Shown here: in pieces, positions 1 to 7,997 of the stretch | Layout of the letters: each line of letters starts with the position of its first letter | Numbering within the stretch: the stretch's first letter is position 1 | Source of the DNA: a virus | Virus genome (UHGV): UHGV-0117372 | Length of the DNA: 10,031 bases | Strand: one strand, 5' to 3' | The notes under the pieces: generated by a model | The model's database searches: none | The model's input: only the letters and a program-made list of their open reading frames with translations | Told to the model about the DNA's origin: nothing | Position numbers and translations under genes: made by a program

Positions 1-145
1 TTTCATCCACTTATTTCAGGCTTATGTAATTGGCGGTGATTCTACAGCAACTTGGATGCTTTAGCAGTTCGGACATTAGGCTACGAATGACCTGCCTAGA
101 GGTTTGTTAAGCCGCAAAGTGCTGGTGCTTTATGCCTGTGAAGTT

Positions 146-176
146 TATAATTGTGTACACATAACGAGTACACGAG
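146..176 (+). promoter_or_regulatory. Putative phd-doc promoter and operator: -10 hexamer followed by palindromic Phd/Doc binding sites
   Basis: Perfect TATAAT at 146-151, then a perfect 10-bp palindrome TGTGTACACA at 152-161 and a related GAGTACACGAG element at 166-176, ending 7 bp before the phd start. The layout fits the autoregulated P1 addiction operon; operator identity is from memory and not verified by alignment. Confidence 0.5.
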
Positions 177-182
177 GTATTT

Positions 183-404
183 ATGCAATCCATTAACTTC
201 CGTACCGCGCGCGGCAACCTTTCTGAAGTGCTCAACAATGTTGAGGCCGGGGAAGAGGTTGAAATCACCCGCAGAGGCCGTGAGCCAGCAGTAATTGTCA
301 GCAAGGCTACTTTCGAAGCCTACAAAAAAGCGGCGCTGGATGCTGAATTTGCATCCCTGTTTGACACCCTGGACTCCACCAACAAGGAACTGGTTAACCG
401 ATAA
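183..404 (+). CDS. phd: Phd antitoxin (prevent-host-death), 73 aa
   Basis: The 73-aa ORF ([26 protein letters not shown]...) matches P1 Phd as I remember it, in length and sequence. A GAGG RBS lies 5 nt upstream and the stop overlaps the doc start (TAATG). Confidence 0.95.
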   Translation: MQSINFRTARGNLSEVLNNVEAGEEVEITRRGREPAVIVSKATFEAYKKAALDAEFASLFDTLDSTNKELVNR

Positions 405-784
405 TGAGGCATATATCACCGGAAGAACTTATTGCGCTTCATGATGCGAATATAAACCGCTACGGCGGCCTGCCGGGAATGTCTGATCCGGGTAGGGCAG
501 AGGCCATTATCGGGAGAGTTCAGGCCAGAGTTGCCTACGAAGAGATCACCGACCTTTTCGAAGTCTCCGCCACCTACCTGGTGGCTACAGCGAGAGGGCA
601 TATATTCAATGATGCCAATAAGCGTACCGCGCTAAACAGTGCGCTGCTATTTCTACGCCGTAACGGGGTGCAGGTATTTGATTCACCTGAACTGGCAGAC
701 CTTACCGTAGGGACTGCGACTGGCGAGATATCTGTATCTTCTGTCGCCGACACGTTACGTAGATTGTATGGTTCTGCGGAGTAG
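404..784 (+). CDS. doc: Doc toxin (death-on-curing), Fic-fold kinase, 126 aa
   Basis: The 126-aa ORF carries the Fic-type motif HIFNDANKR (HxFx[D/N][A/G]NKR). Its length and sequence are consistent with P1 Doc, and it is translationally coupled to phd. Confidence 0.95.
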
Positions 785-788
785 ATTA

Positions 789-968
789 ATGGCACGCAAA
801 TACAACAAATTGTCCCGTGAAGCGTTAAAGATGCTTCTTGATGGCGTGAGTCGCCGCGAGGTAAAGCAATACCTGGTTGGTAAGCAAATTGGTGCCAGGA
901 CCGCTATTGCTGTGTTATGCCGTCAGGAAATGGTTGTGCTTAAACAGAGAATGCCGGGCAGCAGATAA
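789..968 (+). CDS. Small post-doc protein (about 60 aa) with a possible LuxR/GerE-like helix-turn-helix; probable P1 PdcA equivalent
   Basis: The ORF runs in frame from ATG 768, but ATG 789 has a GGAG RBS 8 nt upstream and lies clear of the doc stop. The sequence LSREALKMLLDGVSRREVKQYLVGKQIGARTAIAVL resembles a LuxR-type HTH pattern. Position directly after doc matches the P1 pdc genes; assignment by synteny only. Confidence 0.55.
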   Translation: MARKYNKLSREALKMLLDGVSRREVKQYLVGKQIGARTAIAVLCRQEMVVLKQRMPGSR

Positions 969-995
969 AGCCCAATCAGTGATGAAAGGTGTGAT

Positions 996-2039
996 GTGAA
1001 AGCCATTATTACTCCCTTTGTACAAAAAGAGCTTGGCGTCGCCACATTCAAAGTGGATCAGGAAGTCAGAAAGCTGGTGGAGGCTGGCCGTAAATTTATT
1101 ATGGAGCCGGTACCGCGTGAGTTAATCGAGCACATGGACGACGGCCTCGTTGTTTCCGAGCAAACTATGGCAACAAATGAGGCGTTGCAGCCGTTTTTTA
1201 ACAGCGATGAACTGTTTCGCCGTATTGGTGGAATTGACTCGCTGATGGCGTGGTTGCGCAGGAAAGAGGGGCAATGCCAGGCCGCAGATCGTAGTTGGTG
1301 TGACAACCATATTGTCCACGCTGAACGAGACAATAGCGCGGTGTTGTTGTGCTGGCATCACGATAACCATTACCGGATGCGTGGTTTTAATGAGCTGAAA
1401 GAAACGCTGCATAATAATCGCGTTAACTGGATACTGGATGTCGCCCGTCAGGAAATGGGGCTTTCAGATGACCATGATTTAAGTATTCAGGAACTGTGCT
1501 GGTGGGCTTTCATGCGCAACATGATGCACCTGATGCCGGAAGAAGTCTGCCGCATATCAATAAATAAGATGAAGGCTACTCCGCAGGATAGCGGACCTCT
1601 GAAAGAGGCGGATATTCGTCCGTATGACGATCGCGCTACAGCATATGTTCAGATGATGGAAGAACGCGCTGCGCCGATGCGTGCAAAAGTATGCCCTGTG
1701 GATGTTGACTCCGACCCTGGCATGGCGCATTTCAAAATACCAAAACTGCAATCGCTAAAATTACCTGAGTACATGGACTTTGTTGCTTCCCGTCCATGCT
1801 GTGGGTGTGGAGCTGCGGGAGCTGGCGCTCACATTACGCCTTATATAGTTCGTCATAGTCGATTATGCGCGCATGACATTTATGCTATTCCTCTGTGCCA
1901 GTCATGCCAGCGTGATATTGAGCGTGACCGCGATAATTGGGAGAAAACACACGGCAGGCTGGCGATGCATCAACGATTGTTCTTTGATTACGCGCTTGGA
2001 GTCGGCGTTATCACAAGTCATTCGTCGAGCGTTAGATAA
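996..2039 (+). CDS. Post-doc protein, 347 aa, Cys/His-rich, unknown function; probable P1 PdcB equivalent
   Basis: Long ORF from GTG 996 with an AAAGG RBS-like sequence upstream. Two Cys/His clusters ([15 protein letters not shown]...CWHHDNHY and [27 protein letters not shown]...CQSCQ) suggest metal binding. Same strand and operon context as phd-doc. Confidence 0.7.
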   Translation: MKAIITPFVQKELGVATFKVDQEVRKLVEAGRKFIMEPVPRELIEHMDDGLVVSEQTMATNEALQPFFNSDELFRRIGGIDSLMAWLRRKEGQCQAADRSWCDNHIVHAERDNSAVLLCWHHDNHYRMRGFNELKETLHNNRVNWILDVARQEMGLSDDHDLSIQELCWWAFMRNMMHLMPEEVCRISINKMKATPQDSGPLKEADIRPYDDRATAYVQMMEERAAPMRAKVCPVDVDSDPGMAHFKIPKLQSLKLPEYMDFVASRPCCGCGAAGAGAHITPYIVRHSRLCAHDIYAIPLCQSCQRDIERDRDNWEKTHGRLAMHQRLFFDYALGVGVITSHSSSVR

Positions 2040-2040
2040 A

Positions 2041-2082
2041 ATTGCTCTAATGTGTTGCTATTTCTTTAATCGAGGGTATTAT
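2041..2082 (+). promoter_or_regulatory. C1-operator-like site overlapping a sigma-70 promoter upstream of lpa
   Basis: ATTGCTCTAATGTGTTG at 2041-2057 matches the P1 C1 operator consensus ATTGCTCTAATAAATTT (recalled from memory) at 13 of 17 positions, with the first 11 perfect. It overlaps a -35 TTGCTA (2055-2060) and a -10 TATTAT (2077-2082) separated by 16 bp. Confidence 0.5.
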
Positions 2083-2127
2083 ATTCCACGTTGATTAGTT
2101 GACATGGGCTAATCAGTAGGTGACAGG

Positions 2128-2580
2128 ATGTTACTTAACTGGCAGGGACGCCACTTCATGGAAATAAATCACTCACGAATAACATCGTACGAGATTGCGG
2201 ATTACATGATCCGCACTAAATCTCTTCTATCAGCGAAAGAACTCGCAGCAATTCTTGAAAAGGAATACCCGCATCTGGATGTCGATAAGCGCGACGTTTA
2301 TCTGCGCTTAAAGGCTATCGCTGTGTCTAAGTATTCGTCTGTTTTGATTGATGACAGTACACGCCCACGTAGATTTCAGATCCACTCTCTGAATCCTGAA
2401 TTCTTTCGCCGCAGCCGCGCGCCGCGCCGGTTTGATGAAAAACTCCAGAACGAACTCTATATGACGCAGGACGAAAAGGAACGCCGGGAGCACCAGCCTT
2501 GGGTAATGGCGCGTCAATTTTTCAATAAGGTGGTCCGTCAGCACCGTCATTACGGTAATGCCACATCCGCACGTATCTGA
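2128..2580 (+). CDS. lpa: Late promoter activator Lpa (P1 gp10-like), about 150 aa
   Basis: A 150-aa ORF sits between the pdc genes and pacA, as lpa does in P1, behind an operator-overlapped promoter. An alternative start at ATG 2158 (MEINHSR) cannot be excluded. Identification rests on synteny and size. Confidence 0.75.
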   Translation: MLLNWQGRHFMEINHSRITSYEIADYMIRTKSLLSAKELAAILEKEYPHLDVDKRDVYLRLKAIAVSKYSSVLIDDSTRPRRFQIHSLNPEFFRRSRAPRRFDEKLQNELYMTQDEKERREHQPWVMARQFFNKVVRQHRHYGNATSARI

Positions 2581-2665
2581 TTGATTGCTTGCCCGTTCCG
2601 GGCCTTTTGACATGTGACTTTCGTTACCCTCGCGTCAAAAAGAGTTTTTACGAAAGGAAGCATAA

Positions 2666-3859
2666 GTGACCTGGGACGATCACAAGAAGAATTTTGCTCG
2701 CCTGGCGCGAGATGGTGGTTACACCATCGCACAGTATGCCGCCGAGTTTAATCTTAACCCTAATACCGCACGTCGTTATCTCCGTGCCTTCAAAGAAGAC
2801 ACCAGGACAGCGGACAGCCGCAAGCCAAATAAGCCAGTCAGGAAGCCACTAAAAAGCATGATCATTGATCACTCTAATGATCAACATGCAGGTGATCACA
2901 TTGCGGCTGAAACAGCGGAAAAACAAAGAGTTAATGCCGTTGTCAGTGCCGCAGTCGAGAATGCGAAGCGCCAAAATAAGCGCATAAATGATCGTTCAGA
3001 TGATCATGACGTGATCACCCGCGCCCACCGGACCTTACGTGATCGCCTGGAACGCGACACCCTGGATGATGATGGTGAACGCTTTGAATTCGAAGCTGGC
3101 GATTACCTGATAGATAACGTTGAAGCGCGGAAGGCCGCGCGCGCTATGTTGCGTCGGTCCGGGGCCGATGTTCTGGAAACCACTCTTCTGGAAAAGTCTC
3201 TTTCTCATCTCCTTATGCTGGAGAACGCCAGGGATACGTGTATTCGCCTGGTGCAGGAAATGCGCGATCAGCAAAAAGACGATGATGAAGGTACTCCGCC
3301 TGAATACCGTATCGCGAGCATGCTAAACAGCTGTTCCGCGCAGATAAGCAGTCTGATCAACACCATTTACAGCATCCGGAATAACTATCGAAAAGAAAGC
3401 CGGGAGGCGGAAAAGCACGCTTTGTCTATGGGGCAAGCTGGCATTGTTAAGCTGGCATATGAACGAAAGCGTGAAAATAACTGGTCAGTGCTGGAAGCAG
3501 CTGAATTCATCGAGGCGCATGGTGGGAAAGTTCCGCCCCTGATGCTGGAGCAAATCAAAGCCGATCTGCGTGCTCCTAAGACCAATACCGATGATGAGGA
3601 AAGGCAAACAGCCGTCGGTGGCCCTTCTCTTGACGATCTGGACAAAGTTGCGCGAGAACGGGCCGCCAACCGCCGCGCCGATGCCGCATTGTGGATTGAG
3701 CAGCGTAGGGAAGAAATCGCCGATATCGTTGATACAGGCGGTTATGGAGATGTTGATACTGAAGGTGTATCAAACGACCCATGGCTGGAACAAGACCTGG
3801 ACGAAGACGAGGAGGAAGACGAAGAAGTTACCCGCAAGCTATACGGGGATGATGATTAA
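2666..3859 (+). CDS. pacA: Terminase small (pac-recognition) subunit PacA, 397 aa
   Basis: GTG start with an AGGAAG RBS. The N-terminal region is HTH-like, the C-terminal tail is acidic (DEDEEEDEE), and the pac hexamer clusters lie inside the 5' part of the gene as in P1. The stop overlaps the pacB start (TAATG). Confidence 0.9.
   Translation: MTWDDHKKNFARLARDGGYTIAQYAAEFNLNPNTARRYLRAFKEDTRTADSRKPNKPVRKPLKSMIIDHSNDQHAGDHIAAETAEKQRVNAVVSAAVENAKRQNKRINDRSDDHDVITRAHRTLRDRLERDTLDDDGERFEFEAGDYLIDNVEARKAARAMLRRSGADVLETTLLEKSLSHLLMLENARDTCIRLVQEMRDQQKDDDEGTPPEYRIASMLNSCSAQISSLINTIYSIRNNYRKESREAEKHALSMGQAGIVKLAYERKRENNWSVLEAAEFIEAHGGKVPPLMLEQIKADLRAPKTNTDDEERQTAVGGPSLDDLDKVARERAANRRADAALWIEQRREEIADIVDTGGYGDVDTEGVSNDPWLEQDLDEDEEEDEEVTRKLYGDDD
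2859..3045. other. pac packaging site: two clusters of Dam-methylatable TGATCA/G hexamers
   Basis: Left cluster has four TGATCA at 2859-2864, 2866-2871, 2878-2883 and 2893-2898. Right cluster has TGATCG 2989-2994, TGATCA 3001-3006, TGATCA 3012-3017 and an extra TGATCG 3040-3045. The spacer holds an IHF-like AAACAAAGAGTTA at 2921-2933. This matches the published architecture of P1 pac (4 + 3 hexamers within about 160 bp). Confidence 0.85.
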
Positions 3860-5343
3860 TGGCCAGAAGTTGCGTAACGGATCCTCGTTGGCGCGAGCTG
3901 GTGGCGCTATATCGTTATGACTGGATTGCTGCCGCTGATGTTTTGTTCGGCAAAACACCTACCTGGCAGCAGGATCTGATTATTGAGTCTGTGCAGGAAC
4001 AGGGTAGCAAGACATCTGTTTCGTCTGGTCACGGTACCGGGAAATCAGACATGACTTCTATCATGATCATGTTGTTCATAATCATGTATCCCGGTGCCCG
4101 CGCCATTATCGTTGCGAACAAAATTCAGCAGGTAATGACCGGTATATTCAAGTACATCAAGATAAACTGGGCTACTGCCACCAGCCGTTTTCCATGGCTT
4201 GCTGATTATTTTGTTCTGACAGAAACCGCTTTCTATGAGGTTACTGGTAAAGGTGTATGGACTGTAGTACCGAAGGGCTTTCGTCTGGGAAGTGAAGAAG
4301 CTCTCGCCGGTGAACACGCAGATCATCTTCTGTATATTATCGATGAAGCCTCCGGTGTCAGTGATAGAGCTTTCGGTATCATCACCGGTGCTCTTACCGG
4401 ACAGGATAACCGCATCTTATTACTGTCACAGCCTACACGCCCAAGCGGCTATTTCTACGATACTCACCATAAACTGGCCAAGCGTCCTGGTAACCCAGAT
4501 GGCGTTTATACGGCGATCACGCTTAACAGTGAGGAATCACCGCTGGTAACGCCAGAATTTATCAAAATGAAGCTGGCGGAGTACGGCGGGCGTGATAACC
4601 CTATGTACATGATTAAGGTGCGCGGCCTATTCCCTAAATCACAGGACGGCTTCCTTCTTGGACGTGATGAGGTTGAACGTGCAACGCGGCGGAAAGTTAA
4701 GATTGCCAAAGGATGGGGCTGGCTTGCATGTGTGGACGTTGCTGGTGGTACGGGACGGGATAAGTCAGTTATCAATATCATGATGGTGTCCGGCCAGCGA
4801 AATAAACGCCGTGTAATCAACTATCGAATGCTGGAATACACAGACGTTACAGAAACGCAGCTTGCCGCCAAAATTTTCGCAGAATGTAATCCTGAGCGAT
4901 TCCCCAATATCACCATAGCGATAGATGGCGATGGCCTGGGTAAAGCAACAGCGGATCTGATGTACGAGTATTATGGTATTACCGTACAGCGTATACGCTG
5001 GGGTAAAAAGATGCATAGCCGTGAAGATAAGAGCCTGTACTTTGATAAACGTGCTTATGCCAACGTTCAAGCCGCAGAGGCCGTAAAATCTGGTCGTATG
5101 AGACTGGATAAGGGTAATGAAACTATTGAGGAAGCGTCGAAAATCCCTGTAGGGATTAACTCCGCAGGTCAATGGAAGGTGATGAGTAAGGAGGATATGA
5201 AGAAAAAACTCAACCTGCACTCACCAGACCATTGGGATACATATTGTTTCGCTATGCTGGCGGATTATGTTCCCCAGGATGAAGTGCTTAGCGTCGAAGA
5301 CGAAGCGCAGGTTGATGAAGCTCTGGCATGGCTTAATGAATGA
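3859..5343 (+). CDS. pacB: Terminase large subunit PacB, 494 aa
   Basis: Walker A-like GHGTGKS near the N-terminus and a DEAS-type Walker B region ([10 protein letters not shown]). Length matches P1 PacB and the gene is translationally coupled to pacA. Confidence 0.93.
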   Translation: MARSCVTDPRWRELVALYRYDWIAAADVLFGKTPTWQQDLIIESVQEQGSKTSVSSGHGTGKSDMTSIMIMLFIIMYPGARAIIVANKIQQVMTGIFKYIKINWATATSRFPWLADYFVLTETAFYEVTGKGVWTVVPKGFRLGSEEALAGEHADHLLYIIDEASGVSDRAFGIITGALTGQDNRILLLSQPTRPSGYFYDTHHKLAKRPGNPDGVYTAITLNSEESPLVTPEFIKMKLAEYGGRDNPMYMIKVRGLFPKSQDGFLLGRDEVERATRRKVKIAKGWGWLACVDVAGGTGRDKSVINIMMVSGQRNKRRVINYRMLEYTDVTETQLAAKIFAECNPERFPNITIAIDGDGLGKATADLMYEYYGITVQRIRWGKKMHSREDKSLYFDKRAYANVQAAEAVKSGRMRLDKGNETIEEASKIPVGINSAGQWKVMSKEDMKKKLNLHSPDHWDTYCFAMLADYVPQDEVLSVEDEAQVDEALAWLNE

Positions 5344-5345
5344 AC

Positions 5346-5389
5346 ATTTGCTCTAATAAATTGTGTTTTTTAGCTACCGATGTTACATT
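5346..5389 (+). promoter_or_regulatory. C1-operator-like site (Op51-like) overlapping a candidate promoter for the immI-like module
   Basis: TTTGCTCTAATAAATTG at 5347-5363 matches the C1 operator consensus at 15 of 17 positions. It overlaps a candidate -35 TTGTGT (5361-5366) and -10 TACATT (5384-5389) with a 17-bp spacer, starting 3 bp after the pacB stop. Confidence 0.55.
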
Positions 5390-5395
5390 GAACCT

Positions 5396-5517
5396 GACCT
5401 CTTGCGCCTTGAGGCATTTTCGGTTTATGCTTATCAGGCACCTCATTAAAACGGGTGCCGGGATTGGCCTCCCGCTTAAGTCTAAGGCGATACAGACGCC
5501 GCTCGCGTCTTTTTTTT
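5396..5517 (+). ncRNA. Candidate structured small RNA or leader (c4-like antisense RNA analogue?) ending in an intrinsic terminator
   Basis: No convincing ORF with an RBS. Stem-loops at GGCACC 5437-5442 / GGTGCC 5454-5459 and CGGGA 5459-5463 / TCCCG 5470-5474, then a terminator hairpin. The loop TTGGCCT (5464-5470) is complementary to AGGCCAA (5600-5606) in the icd leader. Boundaries are approximate and the RNA is not demonstrated. Confidence 0.3.
5494..5517 (+). terminator. Rho-independent terminator or attenuator
   Basis: Stem AGACGC (5494-5499) pairs with GCGTCT (5505-5510) around a 5-nt loop and is followed by a run of T to 5517. Confidence 0.5.
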
Positions 5518-5682
5518 GTATCGGCGTACACGCACACCTCTACAATGGTGGGCTGTATGGGGCTACCTTCGGGTAGGCTGGTTACCTTGGACGCCAGTAA
5601 GGCCAACTCCGTACAGTCCACCGCCAGCAAGATTGGTCTCTTCTGCGGTGGTTACATACCAACGTCTAAGGAGGCTGCCAAT

Positions 5683-5904
5683 ATGGCTACTATCCCTACC
5701 CCAACTCATCCTGAATTTATCTGGCGCTTTTACTCCTGCCAAAAACGTCACTATCACTTCGTTATTGCACCAACAGAAGATGAGGCCCGCTCTCAGCTTC
5801 CTGACGCCCCATGTATTTTCTCTGCCCGTTTTTCCACTGATTCACGCAATTCTCTCAGTTACTGGTGCCTCCCTGTTAACGCTTCTGTTCAGGAGGGGCT
5901 ATGA
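5683..5904 (+). CDS. icd: Icd-like host cell division inhibitor, 73 aa
   Basis: ATG 5683 has a strong AAGGAGG RBS 8 nt upstream. The 73-aa product (MATIPTPTHPEFIWRFYSC...EDEARSQL...) has the FIW...EARxQL pattern of Icd-like proteins. Its stop overlaps the ant start (ATGA), as icd and ant1 do in P1 immI. The 149-aa ORF in the track is this frame extended upstream across the terminator. Confidence 0.7.
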   Translation: MATIPTPTHPEFIWRFYSCQKRHYHFVIAPTEDEARSQLPDAPCIFSARFSTDSRNSLSYWCLPVNASVQEGL

Positions 5905-7019
5905 GAACGTCATTAGTCACCCGTGAAGAGATGATCGAGGCAATTGAACAGCACACTGCCTGTATCAGCACCAGGGATATTCCCAGTGTTATAGCCAACT
6001 ACTTCATGATCACTAAACAACTTTACCGGAGAAAGGACAAGAACGCGGTTCACCGTATCCTGCTGTCTGATATTCGCGAATACCTGCTCGAACAGGGTCA
6101 TCTGAATTACGCAACCGTCGCAGCCGAAGCACGCAAGGAGGCACACAGAATGAAAGCAACTAACGTTAAATCAGAAAAAATTCATGCACCTTCAGTTCAG
6201 GAATCGGAGCTGGTGGTTGTTCAGAATCAGTCTGATGAAATTCCCGTTCTGGAATGGCAGGGAGTGCGTGTAGTGACAACCGAGACTCTTGCTAGAGGGT
6301 ATGGGACAGAAACAATCCGTATTCGCCAAAATCATCATGAGAACAAAGTACGCTTTGTTGAAGGGAAGCACTTTTTCAAAGTTGAAGGAGAATCATTGCG
6401 CGAGTTGAAGCACAGAGTAGCTTTAAACTACTCTGTAAAAATTGCTCGCAATGTTCGCTCACTCACCCTCTGGACAGAACGCGGCGCAGCCCGCCACGCT
6501 AAAATGCTCGAAACCGATCAGGCATGGGCATTCTTTGAAAAACTGGAAGACAGCTACTTCCGACAAAAAGAACAGCAACCGATCGCAATCCCCCAGACGC
6601 TTCCTGAAGCCCTACGCCTGGCTGCCGAACTGGCTGAACAAAAGCAACTTCTGGAACAGAAAGCCCACCAGCTAAATCAGCAGCTGGTGGCCGCCGCTCC
6701 TAAAGTCGATTTTGCCGACCGGGTATCAGTAGCTAAAGGGATCCTGATTGGGAATTTTGCAAAGGTTGTTGGACTTAAGCAAAACGCGCTGTTTGTCTGG
6801 TTACGGGAGAACGGCATCCTGATAGCGTCCGGTGGACGTAAAAATGTGCCGTTCCAGCAGTACATCAACGCGGGGTATTTCACGGTGAAAGAAGTGGTGC
6901 TGGATGATGAAGATGGCTACCAGATACGGTTGACGCCTCAATTAACGGGTAAAGGCCAGCAGTGGTTGACGCGTAAACTGCTCGATGCTGGCTTGTTAAA
7001 ACCGGTGGCAGCTGAATAA
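5901..7019 (+). CDS. ant: Antirepressor Ant (ORF6N plus KilA-C/ANT domains), 372 aa, with an in-frame internal start at 6151 giving a 289-aa form (Ant1/Ant2-like)
   Basis: The central region VLEWQGVRVVTTETLARGYG...FVEGKHFF fits the ORF6N antirepressor N-domain, and the C-terminal region (KVDFADRVSVAKGILIGNFAKVVG...) fits the KilA-C/ANT domain. AGGAGG precedes ATG 5901, and AAGGAGG sits 8 nt before the in-frame ATG 6151, mirroring the P1 ant1/ant2 nested pair. Confidence 0.8.
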   Translation: MRTSLVTREEMIEAIEQHTACISTRDIPSVIANYFMITKQLYRRKDKNAVHRILLSDIREYLLEQGHLNYATVAAEARKEAHRMKATNVKSEKIHAPSVQESELVVVQNQSDEIPVLEWQGVRVVTTETLARGYGTETIRIRQNHHENKVRFVEGKHFFKVEGESLRELKHRVALNYSVKIARNVRSLTLWTERGAARHAKMLETDQAWAFFEKLEDSYFRQKEQQPIAIPQTLPEALRLAAELAEQKQLLEQKAHQLNQQLVAAAPKVDFADRVSVAKGILIGNFAKVVGLKQNALFVWLRENGILIASGGRKNVPFQQYINAGYFTVKEVVLDDEDGYQIRLTPQLTGKGQQWLTRKLLDAGLLKPVAAE

Positions 7020-7026
7020 TGGAAGA

Positions 7027-7048
7027 ATGCCCGGTTGATGCCGGGCAT
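7027..7048. terminator. Bidirectional hairpin between convergent ant and c1
   Basis: Perfect 8-bp stem ATGCCCGG / CCGGGCAT with a 6-nt loop, placed 8 bp after the ant stop and 4 bp before the c1 stop. Flanks are moderately T-rich on both strands. Confidence 0.55.
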
Positions 7049-7051
7049 AAT

Positions 7052-7903
7052 TTATTGCGCGCTTTCGGGGTTGTCGTTTACTGGCTGCCCCTTCTTGGTT
7101 TTACGACTGCGCGTAACTGATGCGGCTGACTTAACCTTTTTCTCTTCGCGAGTGATGGCAATTTGTTTTTTTACATTTTCAATATCTGCCAGGCGATATA
7201 TTTTTGCTTGCGGCCAGCGGTCGCAGATGATCGGTTCTATGGAGTCATAAAGGCTAAATTTTGCTTTTTCGAATTCACCGTTGATGATAATTCCATCACG
7301 GAGAGTTTCATCGCAGATAAACACGCCACACAGTGGCACATGGTAACTAACTGATTTACCATCATTGTAGTTAGGGCTACTGGAAATGTAGTGGACGCGC
7401 AGCATTGTTTCGCTAAAGCCGTGTACGCGCATACGGAATTTTTCATCCTCCGGGTACTGCCTCATTAGCTCTTTTGTTGCTTCCAGGTTCTCTATGTATT
7501 TCGCACTGTGCTCATTGATCCCCGCGCTTTTTTGGATGCGAATGTCCTTATCAATCAGATGAATAATGCGGCCAGCGGTCATGTTGACGCTGTTCACAGC
7601 TTCTGTCTGATAAGTTGTAACCTTGCGCACACCGCGAAGGATGTTAGGCACTGGATATAAAATAGTCTTTGGGATATTGAGGTCTGGGTACTGTTCCAGT
7701 TCCCGCGCCATTAAAGTCCATTTATCAATTTCAGCCTGAATGCTGTCAGTTTCTTTGAACGGTAGAACGACAACCGGGCGTACAGGACGACCGTCGCTGG
7801 CTGTATCAACGTGTTGGGCGCGTGCAACAGCTTTTTTTAGAAAGAGATCCCTGAAGCTGACGAACTCCTGGTACAGTTGTTCGCCGTAGACATAATTTAT
7901 CAT
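7052..7903 (-). CDS. c1: C1 repressor of lysis (immC), 283 aa
   Basis: The 283-aa ORF starting MINYVYGEQLYQEF matches P1 C1 in size and N-terminus as remembered. A GGAGGAGG RBS lies upstream on the minus strand and coi is directly upstream. Confidence 0.93.
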   Translation of the reverse strand: MINYVYGEQLYQEFVSFRDLFLKKAVARAQHVDTASDGRPVRPVVVLPFKETDSIQAEIDKWTLMARELEQYPDLNIPKTILYPVPNILRGVRKVTTYQTEAVNSVNMTAGRIIHLIDKDIRIQKSAGINEHSAKYIENLEATKELMRQYPEDEKFRMRVHGFSETMLRVHYISSSPNYNDGKSVSYHVPLCGVFICDETLRDGIIINGEFEKAKFSLYDSIEPIICDRWPQAKIYRLADIENVKKQIAITREEKKVKSAASVTRSRKTKKGQPVNDNPESAQ

Positions 7904-7997
7904 TGATCCTCCTCCAGAATTGACATGGTCAATAACGCCCGGCTGAGAAAACCGGTCATTACTGACCTATATTATAGAGGGATCAAACAAAAATAAT

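Noticed and set aside
96-601. Minus-strand ORFs (107, 65 and 61 aa) overlapping phd and doc
   Set aside because: They lie antisense to well-supported phd and doc coding sequence and have no start signals; these are shadow ORFs.
2099-2127. TTGACA at 2099-2104 as a second promoter for lpa
   Set aside because: No acceptable -10 hexamer at 16-18 bp spacing; more likely part of the inverted-repeat element.
3035-3920. Alternative-frame ORFs inside pacA and across the pacA/pacB junction (79, 68, 94, 116 and 68 aa)
   Set aside because: These overlap the PacA reading frame, which is supported by length and pac context; the Arg/Ser-rich composition is typical of off-frame translation.
4045-5220. Minus-strand and alternative-frame ORFs inside pacB (93, 85, 104 and 151 aa)
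   Set aside because: They sit entirely within the pacB coding region, which has Walker motifs and full-length support; no RBS and odd composition.
5455-5926. Long plus-strand ORFs of 149 aa and 136 aa spanning the pacB-icd interval
   Set aside because: The 149-aa frame is the icd frame extended upstream across the terminator hairpin with no RBS at its 5' ATG; the RBS-supported start is ATG 5683. The 136-aa ORF is an overlapping alternative frame, proline- and tryptophan-rich, with no RBS.
7035-7446. Plus-strand ORFs of 71 and 63 aa and a minus-strand ORF of 69 aa overlapping c1
   Set aside because: They are embedded in or antisense to the c1 coding sequence; no independent support.
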